Of a DNA stretch of 64,000 bases, positions 40,704-51,593 are shown in pieces (within the stretch, counting starts at the first letter, position 1; the number at the start of each line of letters is the position of its first letter). Where the stretch lies: contig CAWHIA010000012.1 of the NCBI GenBank assembly GCA_963829155.1, positions 140,357 to 204,356 of the forward strand, read 5' to 3'. Under the pieces are notes generated by a model, which saw nothing but the letters and a program-made list of their open reading frames with translations, was not told the DNA's origin and made no database searches. Position numbers and translations under genes: made by a program. This DNA comes from an uncultured Chloroflexia bacterium (lineage in GTDB: Bacteria; Chloroflexota; Limnocylindria; Limnocylindrales; CSP1-4).

Positions 40704-42853
40704 GCGGCGGTCGGGGCCCCTCGATCCGGGCCGTCGATCCCGGCGTCCAGGACGCGCCGGACGCCTATGGCCAGCTCAATCCCGTCGTACGGCTTGGCCA
40801 GGACGTCGAGCCCGGCCATGGACACGCCGCGGTCGGCGAGGGCGTCGGCCGTGTACCCGCACACGAACAGGATCGGTGTGCCCGGCCGCGCCTCGCGTAC
40901 CGCGTCTGCGACGTCAACGCCGATGCCGTCCGGCAGCACGACGTCGCTCAGGAGAAGGTCGATGTCGCCGCACCGCCGGAGGTGTTCGATCGCCCCGCTC
41001 ACGGAGTGCTCGACGCACACCTGGTAGCCGAGGTCCGCCAGGGACCGCCGGGCGAACGCCGCGACCGCGGGCTCGTCGTCGACCACCAGGATCGACTCGG
41101 TGCCTCGCGGCCTCGCGCCGGGATCGGCGCCAACGCGGTCGTCGGCCCGCGCGCCAACCAGCTCGGGCAGGAGGAGCTCGACCGTGGTCCCGACACCCGG
41201 CGCCGACGCGATCCGGACGTGGCCGCCGGACTGGCGGATGAAGTCGCGCACCATCGCGAGCCCGAGCCCGGTGCCGCGGCCGGCCTCCTTGGTCGTGAAG
41301 AACGGTTCGAACACGCGTGCGAGCACGTCGTCCGTCATGCCGCTGCCGGTGTCGGACACCGAGACGGCCACGAACGGTCCGGCGACCGTGGGCTCGTCCG
41401 CGATGTCCCCGTGGGACAGGCGCGCGCGACGTGTCTCGACGGTGACCGACCCGCCGTCGGGCATCGCATCGCGCGCGTTCACGGCGAGGTTGACGACGGC
41501 CTGTTCCAGCTGGCCGGCGTCGACCCGCGCGACCAGCGGATCGGCCGGCTGCCGGATGTCGACGAGGACGTCGCCGAGCAGCCGGTGGAGCATGGGCTCG
41601 AGCGTGTGCACGGTCGTCCGGATGTCCACGACCGCCGGCTCGAGCGTCGTCCGCCGCGCGAACGCGAGCAGCTGGCGCGTGAGCTGGCGCGACCGGTCGA
41701 CGACGTCGACGATGGTCGCGGCATCCGCCCGGACCGCGTCGGCGTCGGTCGTCTCGTCGGCGATCAGCGTCGCGAACCCGCCGATGGCCGTGAGCGTGTT
41801 GTTGAAGTCGTGGGCGATGCCGCCCGCGACCCGGCCGATGGCCTCCAGGCGCTCGGCGTGGGCGAGCTGTGCGTCGAGCGCGACCCGCTCGGTGACGTCG
41901 GCAAGCTGGCCCGCGAGGCCGAGCGGATGGCCCTGGCCGTCGCGCAGGACGGAGCCGTAGATCTCGACCCAGACCTCGCGGCCGTCCTTGGTGAGGCGGC
42001 GGACGCGCTCGCCCCGGGCGACCTCGCCCGCGATCGTGCGCGAGATGCGCTCGGCGGAGGTGGCGCGCTCGTCGTCGGGGACCATCTCCGGCGGCATGGG
42101 CCGGCCGATGAGCTCGTCGGCGGTCCAGCCGAAGATGCGCTCCGAGGCGGGGTTCCAGATGGTGACCGTGCGGTCGAGCGTGAACGCCTGTGTCGCGAGC
42201 GGCGACGCGTCGACGATCGCCGACAGCAGCGTGCTCGTCCGCTCGAGCCGGGCCTCCGCGGCGTTCCGCGCGGCGATCTCCGACTGCGACGCGTCGAGCG
42301 CCGTCCGGAGGCTGGTGGTCGCGCGCCAGCCCAGCGCGAGCGCGAAGGCGATCAGGGCGGTGAACGACGCGATGGTGATGCCCGTCGCGGTGCCCATGAA
42401 CAGGACGTGCGCCGGTCCGACGAGGACGGCCAGCGCGACGCTGACGCTCGCGACGACGACGGCCGCGATCGACGCCAGCCGCAGGTGCGCCGAGTCGAGC
42501 GAGCCCTGGACGAGGGCGACGCTGATCAGGGGCGCGACGACCGCGACCGCCATGCCGTCCGGCAGCACGGCGCCCGCGACCAGCGCCTCGACGTTGATGG
42601 CCACCGCGGCCGCGAACAGGAACGTCCGGCGCCAGATGGCCGCGCCCAGCAGCGTCACGATCACGGTCGGCAGCACCAGGCCCGCGAGGATCAGGCCGGG
42701 ACGGATCGCCGGGCTCAGCGCCAGGCTGACGACGGCGCCGATGAGCGCGACCACAGGCGCGCCGACGAGCGCCACCCGCAGCCACACCTGCTCGCGCGGC
42801 GGCAGCACGCTCTCGGACGGGATTCGCGATGACATGGCACGGAGGCGGGGCAC
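40700..42853 (-). CDS. hybrid sensor histidine kinase/response regulator with PAS domain
   Basis: Multi-TM N-domain, PAS (TVTIWNPASERIFGW), HisKA (IAHDFNN), HATPase_c (GTGLGLAM), REC (ILVVDDEP...D) in one 717-aa ORF. Confidence 0.9.
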   Translation of the reverse strand: MPRLRAMSSRIPSESVLPPREQVWLRVALVGAPVVALIGAVVSLALSPAIRPGLILAGLVLPTVIVTLLGAAIWRRTFLFAAAVAINVEALVAGAVLPDGMAVAVVAPLISVALVQGSLDSAHLRLASIAAVVVASVSVALAVLVGPAHVLFMGTATGITIASFTALIAFALALGWRATTSLRTALDASQSEIAARNAAEARLERTSTLLSAIVDASPLATQAFTLDRTVTIWNPASERIFGWTADELIGRPMPPEMVPDDERATSAERISRTIAGEVARGERVRRLTKDGREVWVEIYGSVLRDGQGHPLGLAGQLADVTERVALDAQLAHAERLEAIGRVAGGIAHDFNNTLTAIGGFATLIADETTDADAVRADAATIVDVVDRSRQLTRQLLAFARRTTLEPAVVDIRTTVHTLEPMLHRLLGDVLVDIRQPADPLVARVDAGQLEQAVVNLAVNARDAMPDGGSVTVETRRARLSHGDIADEPTVAGPFVAVSVSDTGSGMTDDVLARVFEPFFTTKEAGRGTGLGLAMVRDFIRQSGGHVRIASAPGVGTTVELLLPELVGARADDRVGADPGARPRGTESILVVDDEPAVAAFARRSLADLGYQVCVEHSVSGAIEHLRRCGDIDLLLSDVVLPDGIGVDVADAVREARPGTPILFVCGYTADALADRGVSMAGLDVLAKPYDGIELAIGVRRVLDAGIDGPDRGAPTAA

Positions 42854-42978
42854 GATTTCGATCCTTCGAGGGGCAGCCGCAACGACCGGCCAACCCCGAC
42901 CGGCATCACAACTGACGCGCGTCAGCCTATCAGTTACGATACAGAGCGTCGAGTATCTAATATGGTAAAGTCGCCGAC

Positions 42979-43614
42979 ATGTCCGAGCCCGCGACCGACC
43001 CGGAGACCGACCGTCCGAACGGGTCCAACGGACGTCACCCGGGCGGCCGTCCGCGCCTTCCCGACACCGAACGCGCGATCCTGAAGGCCGTCGGCGAGCT
43101 CATGGCCGAGCAGGGCGTCAGCGGCACCACGATCAACGCCGTCGCGGCCCGCTCCGGCGTCGCGCGGGGCACGGTCTACCGTCGCTGGCCCAACCGTTCG
43201 GCGATGATCGCGGCCGCCGTCCGCGCGTCCCGCGGCTGGGAGCCGCTCGAGCTGGGCGACGACGTCGAGGTCAACTTCCGGCAGCAGGCCGAGGAGGCGC
43301 GCCGGGTCCTGGCCGAGCCGTCGTTCCAGGCGCTGATGCCCGCGCTGCTCGAGATGGGGCTCACCGGCCAGGCCGACGACCTGGTCCGCTCGACGGTCTT
43401 CCCGCGCCGCCGCGAGATGGCCGAGATGTACACGATCTGCGCCGCGGCCTGCGGCTACCGGACCGACATCGCACCGGAGCTCCCGAACGACCTCCTGGTC
43501 GGCGCGATGATCTACCACCTGCTGTACGACGGCGCGCCGCCGTCGAGCGACGAGGTCCAGGCGATGGTCGGCGTGATCCTCGACGGGATCCGCCGCCGCG
43601 ACGGCTCGACCTAG
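42979..43614 (+). CDS. TetR/AcrR family transcriptional regulator
   Basis: HTH GVSGTTINAVAARSGVARGTVYRRW. Confidence 0.85.
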   Translation: MSEPATDPETDRPNGSNGRHPGGRPRLPDTERAILKAVGELMAEQGVSGTTINAVAARSGVARGTVYRRWPNRSAMIAAAVRASRGWEPLELGDDVEVNFRQQAEEARRVLAEPSFQALMPALLEMGLTGQADDLVRSTVFPRRREMAEMYTICAAACGYRTDIAPELPNDLLVGAMIYHLLYDGAPPSSDEVQAMVGVILDGIRRRDGST

Positions 43615-43624
43615 ACTCTGCGGC

Positions 43625-44658
43625 ATGCGATTCGGCTACGGGCTCCTGACCGCGCAGCGCCACCCCGACGACCCGCGCCCGTGGGCCGACCTGTACCGGG
43701 AGGCCGTCGAGTACGGCGAGCTCGCCGACCGGGCCGGCCTCGACTCGTTCTGGACGAGCGAGCACCACTTCGTCGACGACGGCTATCTCGCGGCCCAGCT
43801 GCCGGTCCTCGCGGCCGTCGCCGCCCGCACCGAGCGGATCCGGCTCGGGACCGGCGTGCTGCTGGCGCCGATGTTCGATCCCCTCCGCCTCGCCGAGGAC
43901 GCCGCGACGGTCGACCTGCTGTCGGGCGGCCGCCTGATCCTCGGCCTCGGCATCGGCTGGCGCGACGAGGAGTTCGAGGGGTTCGGGGTCCCGACGACCG
44001 AGCGCGCGCGCCGGCTCGAGGGAACGATCGCGGTGCTGCGCCAGGCCTGGGGCGATGGGCTGGTGACCGGCGACGGCCGCACGTTCAGCTATCCGGGGTC
44101 CGGGCTCAACGTGACACCCAAGCCGGTCCGCGGCGCGTCCAGCCCGATCTGGATCGGCGCGGGCGCCGAGCCGGCCGTGCGGCGGGCCGGGCGGATCGCG
44201 GACGGCTACCTGGGCAGCAGCGCGTCGCCCGCGGCCATCGCCGAGCGCGCCGCCTGGGTCCGCGACGAGGCCGAGTCCGTCGGTCGTGACCCGGCGACCA
44301 TCGAGATCGGCGTGCATCGGATGACCTTCGCGTGGCGCGGCCCCGACGCCTGGTCGCGCGTCGCCGACGCCGCGCGCTACATGTCCTGGAAGTACGAGGA
44401 CATGGGCCCGGCGCGCGCGTCGATCGAGCGCCGCCGGCCGCCCGCGATGGACGCCGCGACCGAGGCGAGCCTCCGGTCCCGCGTGGTCGCCGGCACGCCC
44501 GAGCAGGTCGCGGACGCCATCCGCGCCTACACCCCGACCCTCGGCGAGCACGTGGCTCGTTCGTGTTCCGGGGCCACTTTCCGGGCCTCGATCCGAGCGT
44601 CCAGCGCGAGGCCTTCGACGTGCTGGTCGAGGAGGTCGTGCCCCTCCTGCGCGGCTGA
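43625..44658 (+). pseudogene. LLM class F420-dependent oxidoreductase with one frameshift near 44550
   Basis: MRFGYGLLTAQ...PTLGEHV in ORF 43625 frame, then FVFRGHFPGLDPSVQREAFDVLVEEVVPLLRG* in ORF 44332-44658 frame. Confidence 0.75.
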
Positions 44659-44733
44659 GGCACGGTCTCGCGCCGGCCGGCGGTCGGTCGAGACGGCGCC
44701 CGCCGGGCTTGCGCCGTGGCCGACAATGCGCCG

Positions 44734-45121
44734 ATGCACGTCATCGCCGTCGTCGCGGCCCTCGTCGCCGCCGCCATCCACGTCTGGTTCTTCGTCCTCG
44801 AGAGCGTCCAGTTCACGCGGCCGACGGTGTTCACGCGGTTCGGGATCCGGTCGGCGGAGGACGCGGCGATCGTCCGGCCGATGGCCTTCAACCAGGGCTT
44901 CTACAACCTGTTCCTCGCCATCGGCATCGTCGCCGGCCTCGGACTTGTCGCCGCCGGATCAGGTCGACGCCGGGCGCGCGATCGTGCTGTTCGCCTGCGC
45001 GTCGATGGTCGGGGCCGGCGTCGTCCTGTTCGTGACGAACCGGCACTTCCTGATCGGCGCCTCGATCCAGGCCGTGCCGCCGCTGGTCGCGATCGTGGCC
45101 GGCCTGCTGCTGGCCCCCTAG
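44734..45121 (+). pseudogene. DUF1304 family membrane protein with one frameshift near 44950
   Basis: MHVIAVVAALVAAAIHVWFFVLESVQF...GIVAGLGLVAAG then DQVDAGRAIVLFACASMVGAGVVLFVTNRHFLIGASIQAVPPLVAIVAGLLLAP* in another frame (junction gccggatcag suggests 1-nt deletion). Confidence 0.65.
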
Positions 45122-45462
45122 CCCGCGAGGAACACGTCGCCGTCGGAGAGCCGGCGCCGGAATCCGCGCCGCTCGATGACCGCGAGCACGGCGACCGGCA
45201 GGTGGTCCGTCCAGACCAGGGCGAGCGCCGGGTCATCGATCCGGTCCGCCGTCGCGACGAGCTCGAGCACGGTCGCCGCGAGCTGCTCGGGGACGAGCCA
45301 CTCCTCGGCCCGCGCCCGCCGCTCGAGCAGCTGCCGGCGGTGCTTCTGGCGCGGCGTCAGGTCGGTGATCGTCGGATCGCCCTGCTGCTCGATCCGGCAC
45401 AGGCGGTCGAACGCGCGCAGCGCCTCCTCGCACAGTCGCCCCGAGCTGGTGGTGCTCGCCAT
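45118..45462 (-). CDS. hypothetical protein (114 aa)
   Basis: Protein-like ORF; 4-nt overlap with DUF1304 gene end. Confidence 0.45.
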   Translation of the reverse strand: MASTTSSGRLCEEALRAFDRLCRIEQQGDPTITDLTPRQKHRRQLLERRARAEEWLVPEQLAATVLELVATADRIDDPALALVWTDHLPVAVLAVIERRGFRRRLSDGDVFLAG

Positions 45463-45558
45463 CCACGCCCCTCCACGCCGCCGTCTTCCAGCCCCGCGAC
45501 AGCATAGGACCGTGCCACGGCCGCTTGGCGGTCGCCGCGCAGGCCGGAACGATCGCCG

Positions 45559-46986
45559 TCAGCGGAGCGGTTCGCCCTGACGGAACAGCCGCATCACGTC
45601 GGTGTAGCCGGGCAGGCCGCGCTCGTACCCGATCGCCCAGAACCCGGCGCCCGCGAGGCCACGCTCGTTGGCGAGGTCCATCTTCGTCCCGAGCGTCTCC
45701 GGCGAGTCGACGTAGACCGCCTGCCACGTCACCTCGCCCGGGGTCGGCGTCGGGCCTGGCGAGGCGCCCGTCGTCGCCCGTGGCGAGGCCGTCGCGCGTG
45801 GCGAGGCCGTCGTCGGCGCGCGGCTTGCCGGCGCGGCCGACGAGGACGAGACCGGGCCCGAGGCCCCGGGTGATCCCGCCGGGCCCGAGGGAGAGGCCAG
45901 CGGCGAGGCCGAGGGCGAGGCCGTCGGCGGCGGCCCCAGGCTGCCGTCGGAGCCCAGGGCGTAGACCTCGACCGACTCGACCTGGTCGCGCTGCGGGACG
46001 GCCTGCTCGTTGCGCAGCAGGTCGAGGTGGTTGCGCAGGATCCACGACTCGCCCCGGCCGGTGGACGGCGCGCCGATCTCCGGGCCGGCGACCGGCCAGG
46101 TGACGCCGTACAGCGGCAGCCCGAGGATGAGCTTCTCGGGCGGCACGCCCACCGCCGCGTACAGGTCGAGCGACCACTGCAGGTCCTTGTCGTCGCCGTC
46201 GCGGCGGTCCAGCGGCGAGGTCGCGCCGGGCTCGGACCCGCCGGTCCGATAGTCGTACGCCATCATGAAGATCCGGTCCGCGTCCGCCTGGTTCGCGGCG
46301 GCCGCCATGGCCGCGCCGAGCGTGTTCGCCGACGTCGCGACCGACACCTGGTCGTCGGGATCGGCGGCGACGAGGGCCGCCCGCAGCCGCGAGATGAACC
46401 CGTTGTACGCCGCCACGAGCAACGGGTCGAGCGCCTCGACGTCGACGTTGACGCCGTCCAGCCCGGACTCGCCGACCTGCCGGACGAGCGACGCGATCAC
46501 CGCGTCCTGCAGCACCTGGTTCCCGAACAGCTTCCGATTGCGGCCCAGCCCGAAGCTGGTGTAGACGAGCTCGACCCGCGTGTCGTGCGCGTGCGCCTGG
46601 TCGACGATCTGGCGGCCGACGTCCCCGGTGATCGCGCGGTATCCGGCGGCGCCCGTGCGCAGCGACCCGTCGTTGGCGTGGGTGACGCTGAACAGCCCGA
46701 TCGTGGACAGGGGCGTTCCGGCGAGGTGGTCGACGATCCCCGCGTCCATCTCCCAGTACGGCAGGAACCCGTACAGCTCGTGGCCGGGCGCCGGGGGCGG
46801 GCCGGCGGACACGCTCGGGTCCGGGGCCACCGCGGCGTCCGACGCCGACGGGCTCGGCGTGACCACGGGCGCGGCATCGCAGGCCGCGAGGGCGGCCACG
46901 AGCAGCAGGATCGCGGGCGCCCACCCTCGCCGGCGGCGGGTGACGGTGAGGTGGTCCGGGATCGTCGGGCGGCGGCCGAGGGTCAT
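45559..46986 (-). CDS. glycoside hydrolase family 18 (chitinase-like) lipoprotein with Pro/Ser/Thr-rich linker
   Basis: ATG 46986; lipobox LAAC; GH18 DGVNVDVE catalytic-type motif; C-terminal small domain after PT-rich linker. Confidence 0.8.
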   Translation of the reverse strand: MTLGRRPTIPDHLTVTRRRRGWAPAILLLVAALAACDAAPVVTPSPSASDAAVAPDPSVSAGPPPAPGHELYGFLPYWEMDAGIVDHLAGTPLSTIGLFSVTHANDGSLRTGAAGYRAITGDVGRQIVDQAHAHDTRVELVYTSFGLGRNRKLFGNQVLQDAVIASLVRQVGESGLDGVNVDVEALDPLLVAAYNGFISRLRAALVAADPDDQVSVATSANTLGAAMAAAANQADADRIFMMAYDYRTGGSEPGATSPLDRRDGDDKDLQWSLDLYAAVGVPPEKLILGLPLYGVTWPVAGPEIGAPSTGRGESWILRNHLDLLRNEQAVPQRDQVESVEVYALGSDGSLGPPPTASPSASPLASPSGPAGSPGASGPVSSSSAAPASRAPTTASPRATASPRATTGASPGPTPTPGEVTWQAVYVDSPETLGTKMDLANERGLAGAGFWAIGYERGLPGYTDVMRLFRQGEPLR

Positions 46987-47006
46987 CGGGCCGCCGCGAG
47001 CCAGCC

Positions 47007-47735
47007 TCAGGCCAGCCCCGCGAGGAAGCGGAACACCGGCACGGCCGACGCGTAGCCCTCGGTCAGGAGGTCGGGCAGGCGCGGCGAGCAGACCTCGGCG
47101 TCGGTCAGGCGACGCCCGAACACGACGTCCTTCCAGCGGAGGCGGTCGGCCTCCGGGTGGTCGGCCGGGAACCCCGGCGGCACGCGCTTGAGGGTCTCGT
47201 GGCTGCTGACGCCGCCGAAGAACGCGACGAAGGCCGGGTCGTCGAGCGCGGCGCGGACGCGGTCGGGATCGTCCACGAGCGCCCGCCGGAACGCGTCGAG
47301 CCTCGGCTTCTCCGCCATCCACATACCGCCGCCGGCGTACATCTCGCCCGGCTGGAAGTTGAAGTAGGCGCCGTTGCCGTGCGGACCGTCGTCGCCCTCG
47401 GCGGCCTCGCCCGGGGACGGCATCGAGCCATCGACCCCGCCCACCCACGGCATGCTCGCGCCGATGTGCGTCTTGTACGGCGACTTGTCGCGGCTGAACC
47501 GCGTGTCGCGGTAGATGCGGAACGGCGATCGCTTCGGATCGGCGACCAGCGGGATCCGACCGACGTCGAACCGCTCGGCGAGCGCGACCATCAGCAGCTC
47601 CATCGGCTCCTTCACCAGGCGCTCGTAGTCGGCCTTGCGCGGCTGGAACCACGCCCGGTCGTTGTTGGCGGCGAGATCCGCCATGAACTGGATGCCGTCC
47701 GGGGAGAACCCGGCGAAGGTCGACGTGACCGCCAT
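47007..47735 (-). CDS. TIGR02453 (DUF2461) family protein
   Basis: FRIYRDTRFSRDKSPYKTHIGA motif. Confidence 0.75.
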   Translation of the reverse strand: MAVTSTFAGFSPDGIQFMADLAANNDRAWFQPRKADYERLVKEPMELLMVALAERFDVGRIPLVADPKRSPFRIYRDTRFSRDKSPYKTHIGASMPWVGGVDGSMPSPGEAAEGDDGPHGNGAYFNFQPGEMYAGGGMWMAEKPRLDAFRRALVDDPDRVRAALDDPAFVAFFGGVSSHETLKRVPPGFPADHPEADRLRWKDVVFGRRLTDAEVCSPRLPDLLTEGYASAVPVFRFLAGLA

Positions 47736-47819
47736 CTGGCGCCTCCTGTTGCGACCCGGAGTCTACGCCGGGACCCGCGATCGGCCGTCCCGGGCCCTCG
47801 CGCGTGCGATGCTGTGGCG

Positions 47820-49316
47820 ATGAGCGCCAGCCCGGACCGCGCGATGGACGGCTACCCCGTCCCCCCGGCGACGATGACCGACCTCTACGAGCTGACGATG
47901 GCCGCGGGCTACTGGAAGCTCGACCGGCTCGACGAAGAGGCGATCTTCACGCTGTTCTTCCGCCACGCGCCGTTCGGCGGCGGGTTCACGCTGGCGGCCG
48001 GCCTCGAGGGCGTGATCGCGTTCATCGAGCGCTACGCCTTCTCGCCCACCGAGCTCGCGCACCTCGAGGGCCTCCTCGGCAACGACGACAAGCCGCTGTT
48101 CGAGCGGGCGTTCCTCGACTACCTGGGCGACCTCCGGCTGCGGGTCGACGTCGACGCGATGCCCGAGGGCACGCTCGTCTTCCCGCACGAGCCGCTGCTG
48201 CGCGTGACGGGTCCCCTGCTCCAGGCGCAGCTGCTCGAGAGCGCGCTGCTCAACCTCGTGAACTACCCGACGCTCGCGGCGACCAAGGCGGCCCACGTCG
48301 TCCTCGCCGCCGGCGGGGCGCCGGTCATGGAGTTCGGGCTCCGGCGGGCACAGGGACCCGACGGCGGGCTGACGGCGTCGCGGGCCGCGTACCTCGGCGG
48401 CTGCAACGCGACCTCGAACGTGCTGGCCGGCCGCCTGTTCGGCATCCCGGTGCGCGGGACGCACGCCCACTCGTGGGTCCTGTCGTTCGCGAGCGAGCAG
48501 GAGGCGTTCGACGCCTGGGCGGACGTCATGCCCGGCAACGCCGTGCTGCTGGTCGACACCTTCGACACGGAGGACGGCATCGCGAACGCGATCGCGACCG
48601 GACTCCGGATGCGCCAGCGCGGCCAGAAGCTGGCCGGCATCCGGCTCGACTCGGGCGACCTCGCCTACCTCTCGGTGCGGGCACGCGAGCTGCTCGACGC
48701 GGCGGGGTTCGAGGACACCCAGATCGTGGCCTCGAACGACCTCGACCCGGCCACGATGGAATCCCTGCAGGCCCAGGGCGCCCGCATCGACAGCTGGGGC
48801 GTCGGGACGAAGCTGGTCACGTGCTACGACCAGCCCGCGCTGGGCGGCGTGTACAAGCTGGGCGCGATCCGCAACGGCGGCCCGTGGCGTACGCCGGTCA
48901 AGGTCAGCGCGGACACCGCGAAGATCACCGTCCCCGGCCAGCTGGCGGTCCGGCGGTTCTACGACGCCGACGGCACGGCCCGCGCCGACATGATCTGGGA
49001 CGAGCTGTACGAGACCGACGGCTCGCGCGTGATCGTCGACCCGGTCGACTCCCACCACCGGCTCACCGTGGACGCGGCCTGGACGTCGCGCGAGCTCCTG
49101 GTGCCCGTGTTCCGCAACGGCGAGCGCGTCTACGACCCGCCGCGCCTCGCCGATGCTCGCGACCACGCCCGCCACGAGCTGGGCACGCTCCACCCCGCGA
49201 TCCTGCGCCAGCTGCGCCCGCACTGGTACCCGGCGGGCCTGGAGTGGGGGCTGCACACCCGGCGCGAGGCGCTGATCGAGGCCGAGCTCACCCTCGAGGG
49301 CGCGACGACGGCCTGA
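47820..49316 (+). CDS. pncB: nicotinate phosphoribosyltransferase
   Basis: TDLYELTMAAGYW, GTHAHSWV, full-length 498 aa. Confidence 0.9.
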   Translation: MSASPDRAMDGYPVPPATMTDLYELTMAAGYWKLDRLDEEAIFTLFFRHAPFGGGFTLAAGLEGVIAFIERYAFSPTELAHLEGLLGNDDKPLFERAFLDYLGDLRLRVDVDAMPEGTLVFPHEPLLRVTGPLLQAQLLESALLNLVNYPTLAATKAAHVVLAAGGAPVMEFGLRRAQGPDGGLTASRAAYLGGCNATSNVLAGRLFGIPVRGTHAHSWVLSFASEQEAFDAWADVMPGNAVLLVDTFDTEDGIANAIATGLRMRQRGQKLAGIRLDSGDLAYLSVRARELLDAAGFEDTQIVASNDLDPATMESLQAQGARIDSWGVGTKLVTCYDQPALGGVYKLGAIRNGGPWRTPVKVSADTAKITVPGQLAVRRFYDADGTARADMIWDELYETDGSRVIVDPVDSHHRLTVDAAWTSRELLVPVFRNGERVYDPPRLADARDHARHELGTLHPAILRQLRPHWYPAGLEWGLHTRREALIEAELTLEGATTA

Positions 49317-49696
49317 TCCGACCGCGGCGGACCCCGACGCCGGGGAGCCCGACGCCGGGAACCGAGGCCGCGGCTAGCCTTCGAGACCGAGGTCGCGCGG
49401 CCTCGGCGTCGGTTCGATGACATCGGCGAGCCACCTCAGCGAGGCGGCCAGCCCGCGGGCGAGACGGCCGTCGCGACGTGCGCGGACGGTTCGGTCCGCC
49501 GGCGGTCGGTCGGTCCGGGCGTGCGCGTGCTGGACATGGTCCAGTCCGATCAACAAGGTTCCCAGCGCTCCGGGGTCGATCATGGTTTGGGTCTCCGATT
49601 GGGTTGCGAATGGTTGGCCTGTTGCCAACGCCCACACTCCACCGACAGCCTCGTGACGTCCAACACCTGATCCGGTCGGACTAACATCCGGATTGC

Positions 49697-50674
49697 GTGA
49701 GTACGATCCGACCGATCCGGGACGTCGACATCGACGTCCGATCCCTGCGCTATTTCGTCGCCGTCGCCGAGGAGCTGAGCTTCACGCGGGCGGCCACCCG
49801 GCTGTACGTCGCCCAGCAGGCGATCAGCCGCGACATCCGGCGCCTCGAGGACCAGCTGGGCACGCGGCTGTTCGCCGGAACACCCGCCGGGTGACCCTGA
49901 CCCCGGACGGCGAACGGCTCCTCGCCCGGGCGCGAGACCTCATCGCCATCAACGACCGGATCATCGACGAGCTCGGCGCATCGACCCGCCCGATCGTCGT
50001 CGACCTCCTGAGCGAGGGCCGGCTGACCGGACCGACGATCCTCGAGGCGACGCGCACGGCCGAGCCGGATCGCGAGTTCCGCGGGCGCTACGGCCACGGG
50101 GTCGGCGCCGCCCTCCGCCTGCTGCAGACGGGCGAGCTCGACATCGCCCTCGGGCGCGCCCACTGGCGGGGTCACCGCCTGCCGGCCGCGATCGCGACGA
50201 CGCTGGTTCGCTGGGAGCCGCTCGGGGTGCTGCTGCCGGCGACGCACCCGCTCGCGAGCCATGGCCGCAGTCCCGGTCGCCGCGCTGGCCGGGTCCGAGA
50301 TCGACGTGAACCCGGCCGATCCCGAGGCGCCGGAGTGGTCGGACCTGGTGGCCCAGTTCCTCGAGCTGTCCGGGGCCCGCGCGACCGCGCCGCACCTGCC
50401 CGCGGTCGGGCTCGAGAACCAGGCCGATCACCTGGTCCGCCAGGGCATCCCGATCCTCACGGGCATCGACCACGTCGACGTCCCGGGTGGGGTGCTTCGT
50501 CCGCTCGTCGATCCGGTGCCGATGTTCCCGTGGTCGATCGTGTGGCGCCGCGGCATCGACGCCGGCGCGCTCCGGGCGATCACGACGGCCTCAGCGGCGC
50601 TCGGCGCCGAACGCGGGTGGCTGACGCTCCCGGAGGGCGCCTGGCTGCCCGAGCCCGAGTCGTCGGCGGGCTGA
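49697..50674 (+). pseudogene. LysR family transcriptional regulator with two frameshifts near 49880 and 50258
   Basis: [46 protein letters not shown] (ORF 49697), co-inducer domain continues in ORF 49693 frame ([19 protein letters not shown]...LPATHPLASH) then ORF 50261 frame (AAVPVAALAGSEIDV...). Confidence 0.7.
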
Positions 50675-51593
50675 ACCGGGCCCGACGGTGGCGCCTGCAC
50701 GCCCGGCCGATCGCCACGAACGCGCGGACCAGCGACGCGACGAAGACCGCTAGGGCGACCAGGAACACCGCCAGCGCAAGGGTGGCCGGGAGCGGCCCGA
50801 TGGCGACGACCCGCACGCCCGCGATCGAGGCCCAGACGCCGGCGACCCCGATCGCGATGGCCGCGACGGCGAGCGCCGCGTCCGGGGCCGTGAACCCCAC
50901 CCGGCGGTACGAGGTCCTCGGACCCGTCGCTCCGAACCCGCGGGACTCGAGGCTGATCGCCAGCTGCTGCACCCGCTCGACGGTGCCCGCGAACACCGGC
51001 ACGAACGCGGGGATCACGGCCGCGAACCCGGACCCGCGCATCCCGCGCGATCGCTGCGCCGCGAGCACGATCCCGACCTCGCGCTGGAGCACCGGCACCA
51101 GCTGGAGGGTCAGGGCGATCATCAGGTTGAGCACGTACGGCACCCGCAGCCTCGCCAGCGCGGCGAACAGGTCCGACGGGTGCGTCGTCTGGAGCACGAC
51201 GATGGCGGCCACCTCCATCGCGAGGATCCGCAGGACGAACACGAGGCCGCGCGCGACGCCCTCCGCGTAGACGGTGAACGGGCCGGCGGCGGCGATCGGC
51301 GTGCAGCCCGTCGCGCACGCGGTCGGGGCGATCGACTGCAGGACGAGGATCGCGGCGGCGAGGGGCGCGAGCACGGCGATCGCCCGGGCGAGGCTGCGGG
51401 CGATCCCGGCGCTGATCGCGATCACGAGACCGACGGCGACGATCAGGCCGAGCGCCACGGGATCGAACGACGCGAAGGCGAACGCGACGATCGCCGCCAG
51501 CCAGGCGAGCTTGGGGATGGGGCTCAGCCGATGGAGCCACGAGTCCCCGGGGACGAAGCCGAGCGCACCGGGAGCCGGCAGGGACGAGGTCAT
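50580..51593 (-). CDS. energy-coupling factor transporter transmembrane protein EcfT (CbiQ-like)
   Basis: ATG 51593 overlaps EcfA2 stop (ATGA); multi-TM; C-terminal 60 aa look low-complexity so 3' end may be affected by an indel. Confidence 0.65.
   Translation of the reverse strand: MTSSLPAPGALGFVPGDSWLHRLSPIPKLAWLAAIVAFAFASFDPVALGLIVAVGLVIAISAGIARSLARAIAVLAPLAAAILVLQSIAPTACATGCTPIAAAGPFTVYAEGVARGLVFVLRILAMEVAAIVVLQTTHPSDLFAALARLRVPYVLNLMIALTLQLVPVLQREVGIVLAAQRSRGMRGSGFAAVIPAFVPVFAGTVERVQQLAISLESRGFGATGPRTSYRRVGFTAPDAALAVAAIAIGVAGVWASIAGVRVVAIGPLPATLALAVFLVALAVFVASLVRAFVAIGRACRRHRRARFSPPTTRARAARRPPGASATRVRRRAPLRPS

Noticed and set aside
49374-49637. 87-aa ORF divergent from the LysR gene
   Set aside because: No RBS, weakly protein-like, overlaps other spurious ORFs. 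Insufficient support.
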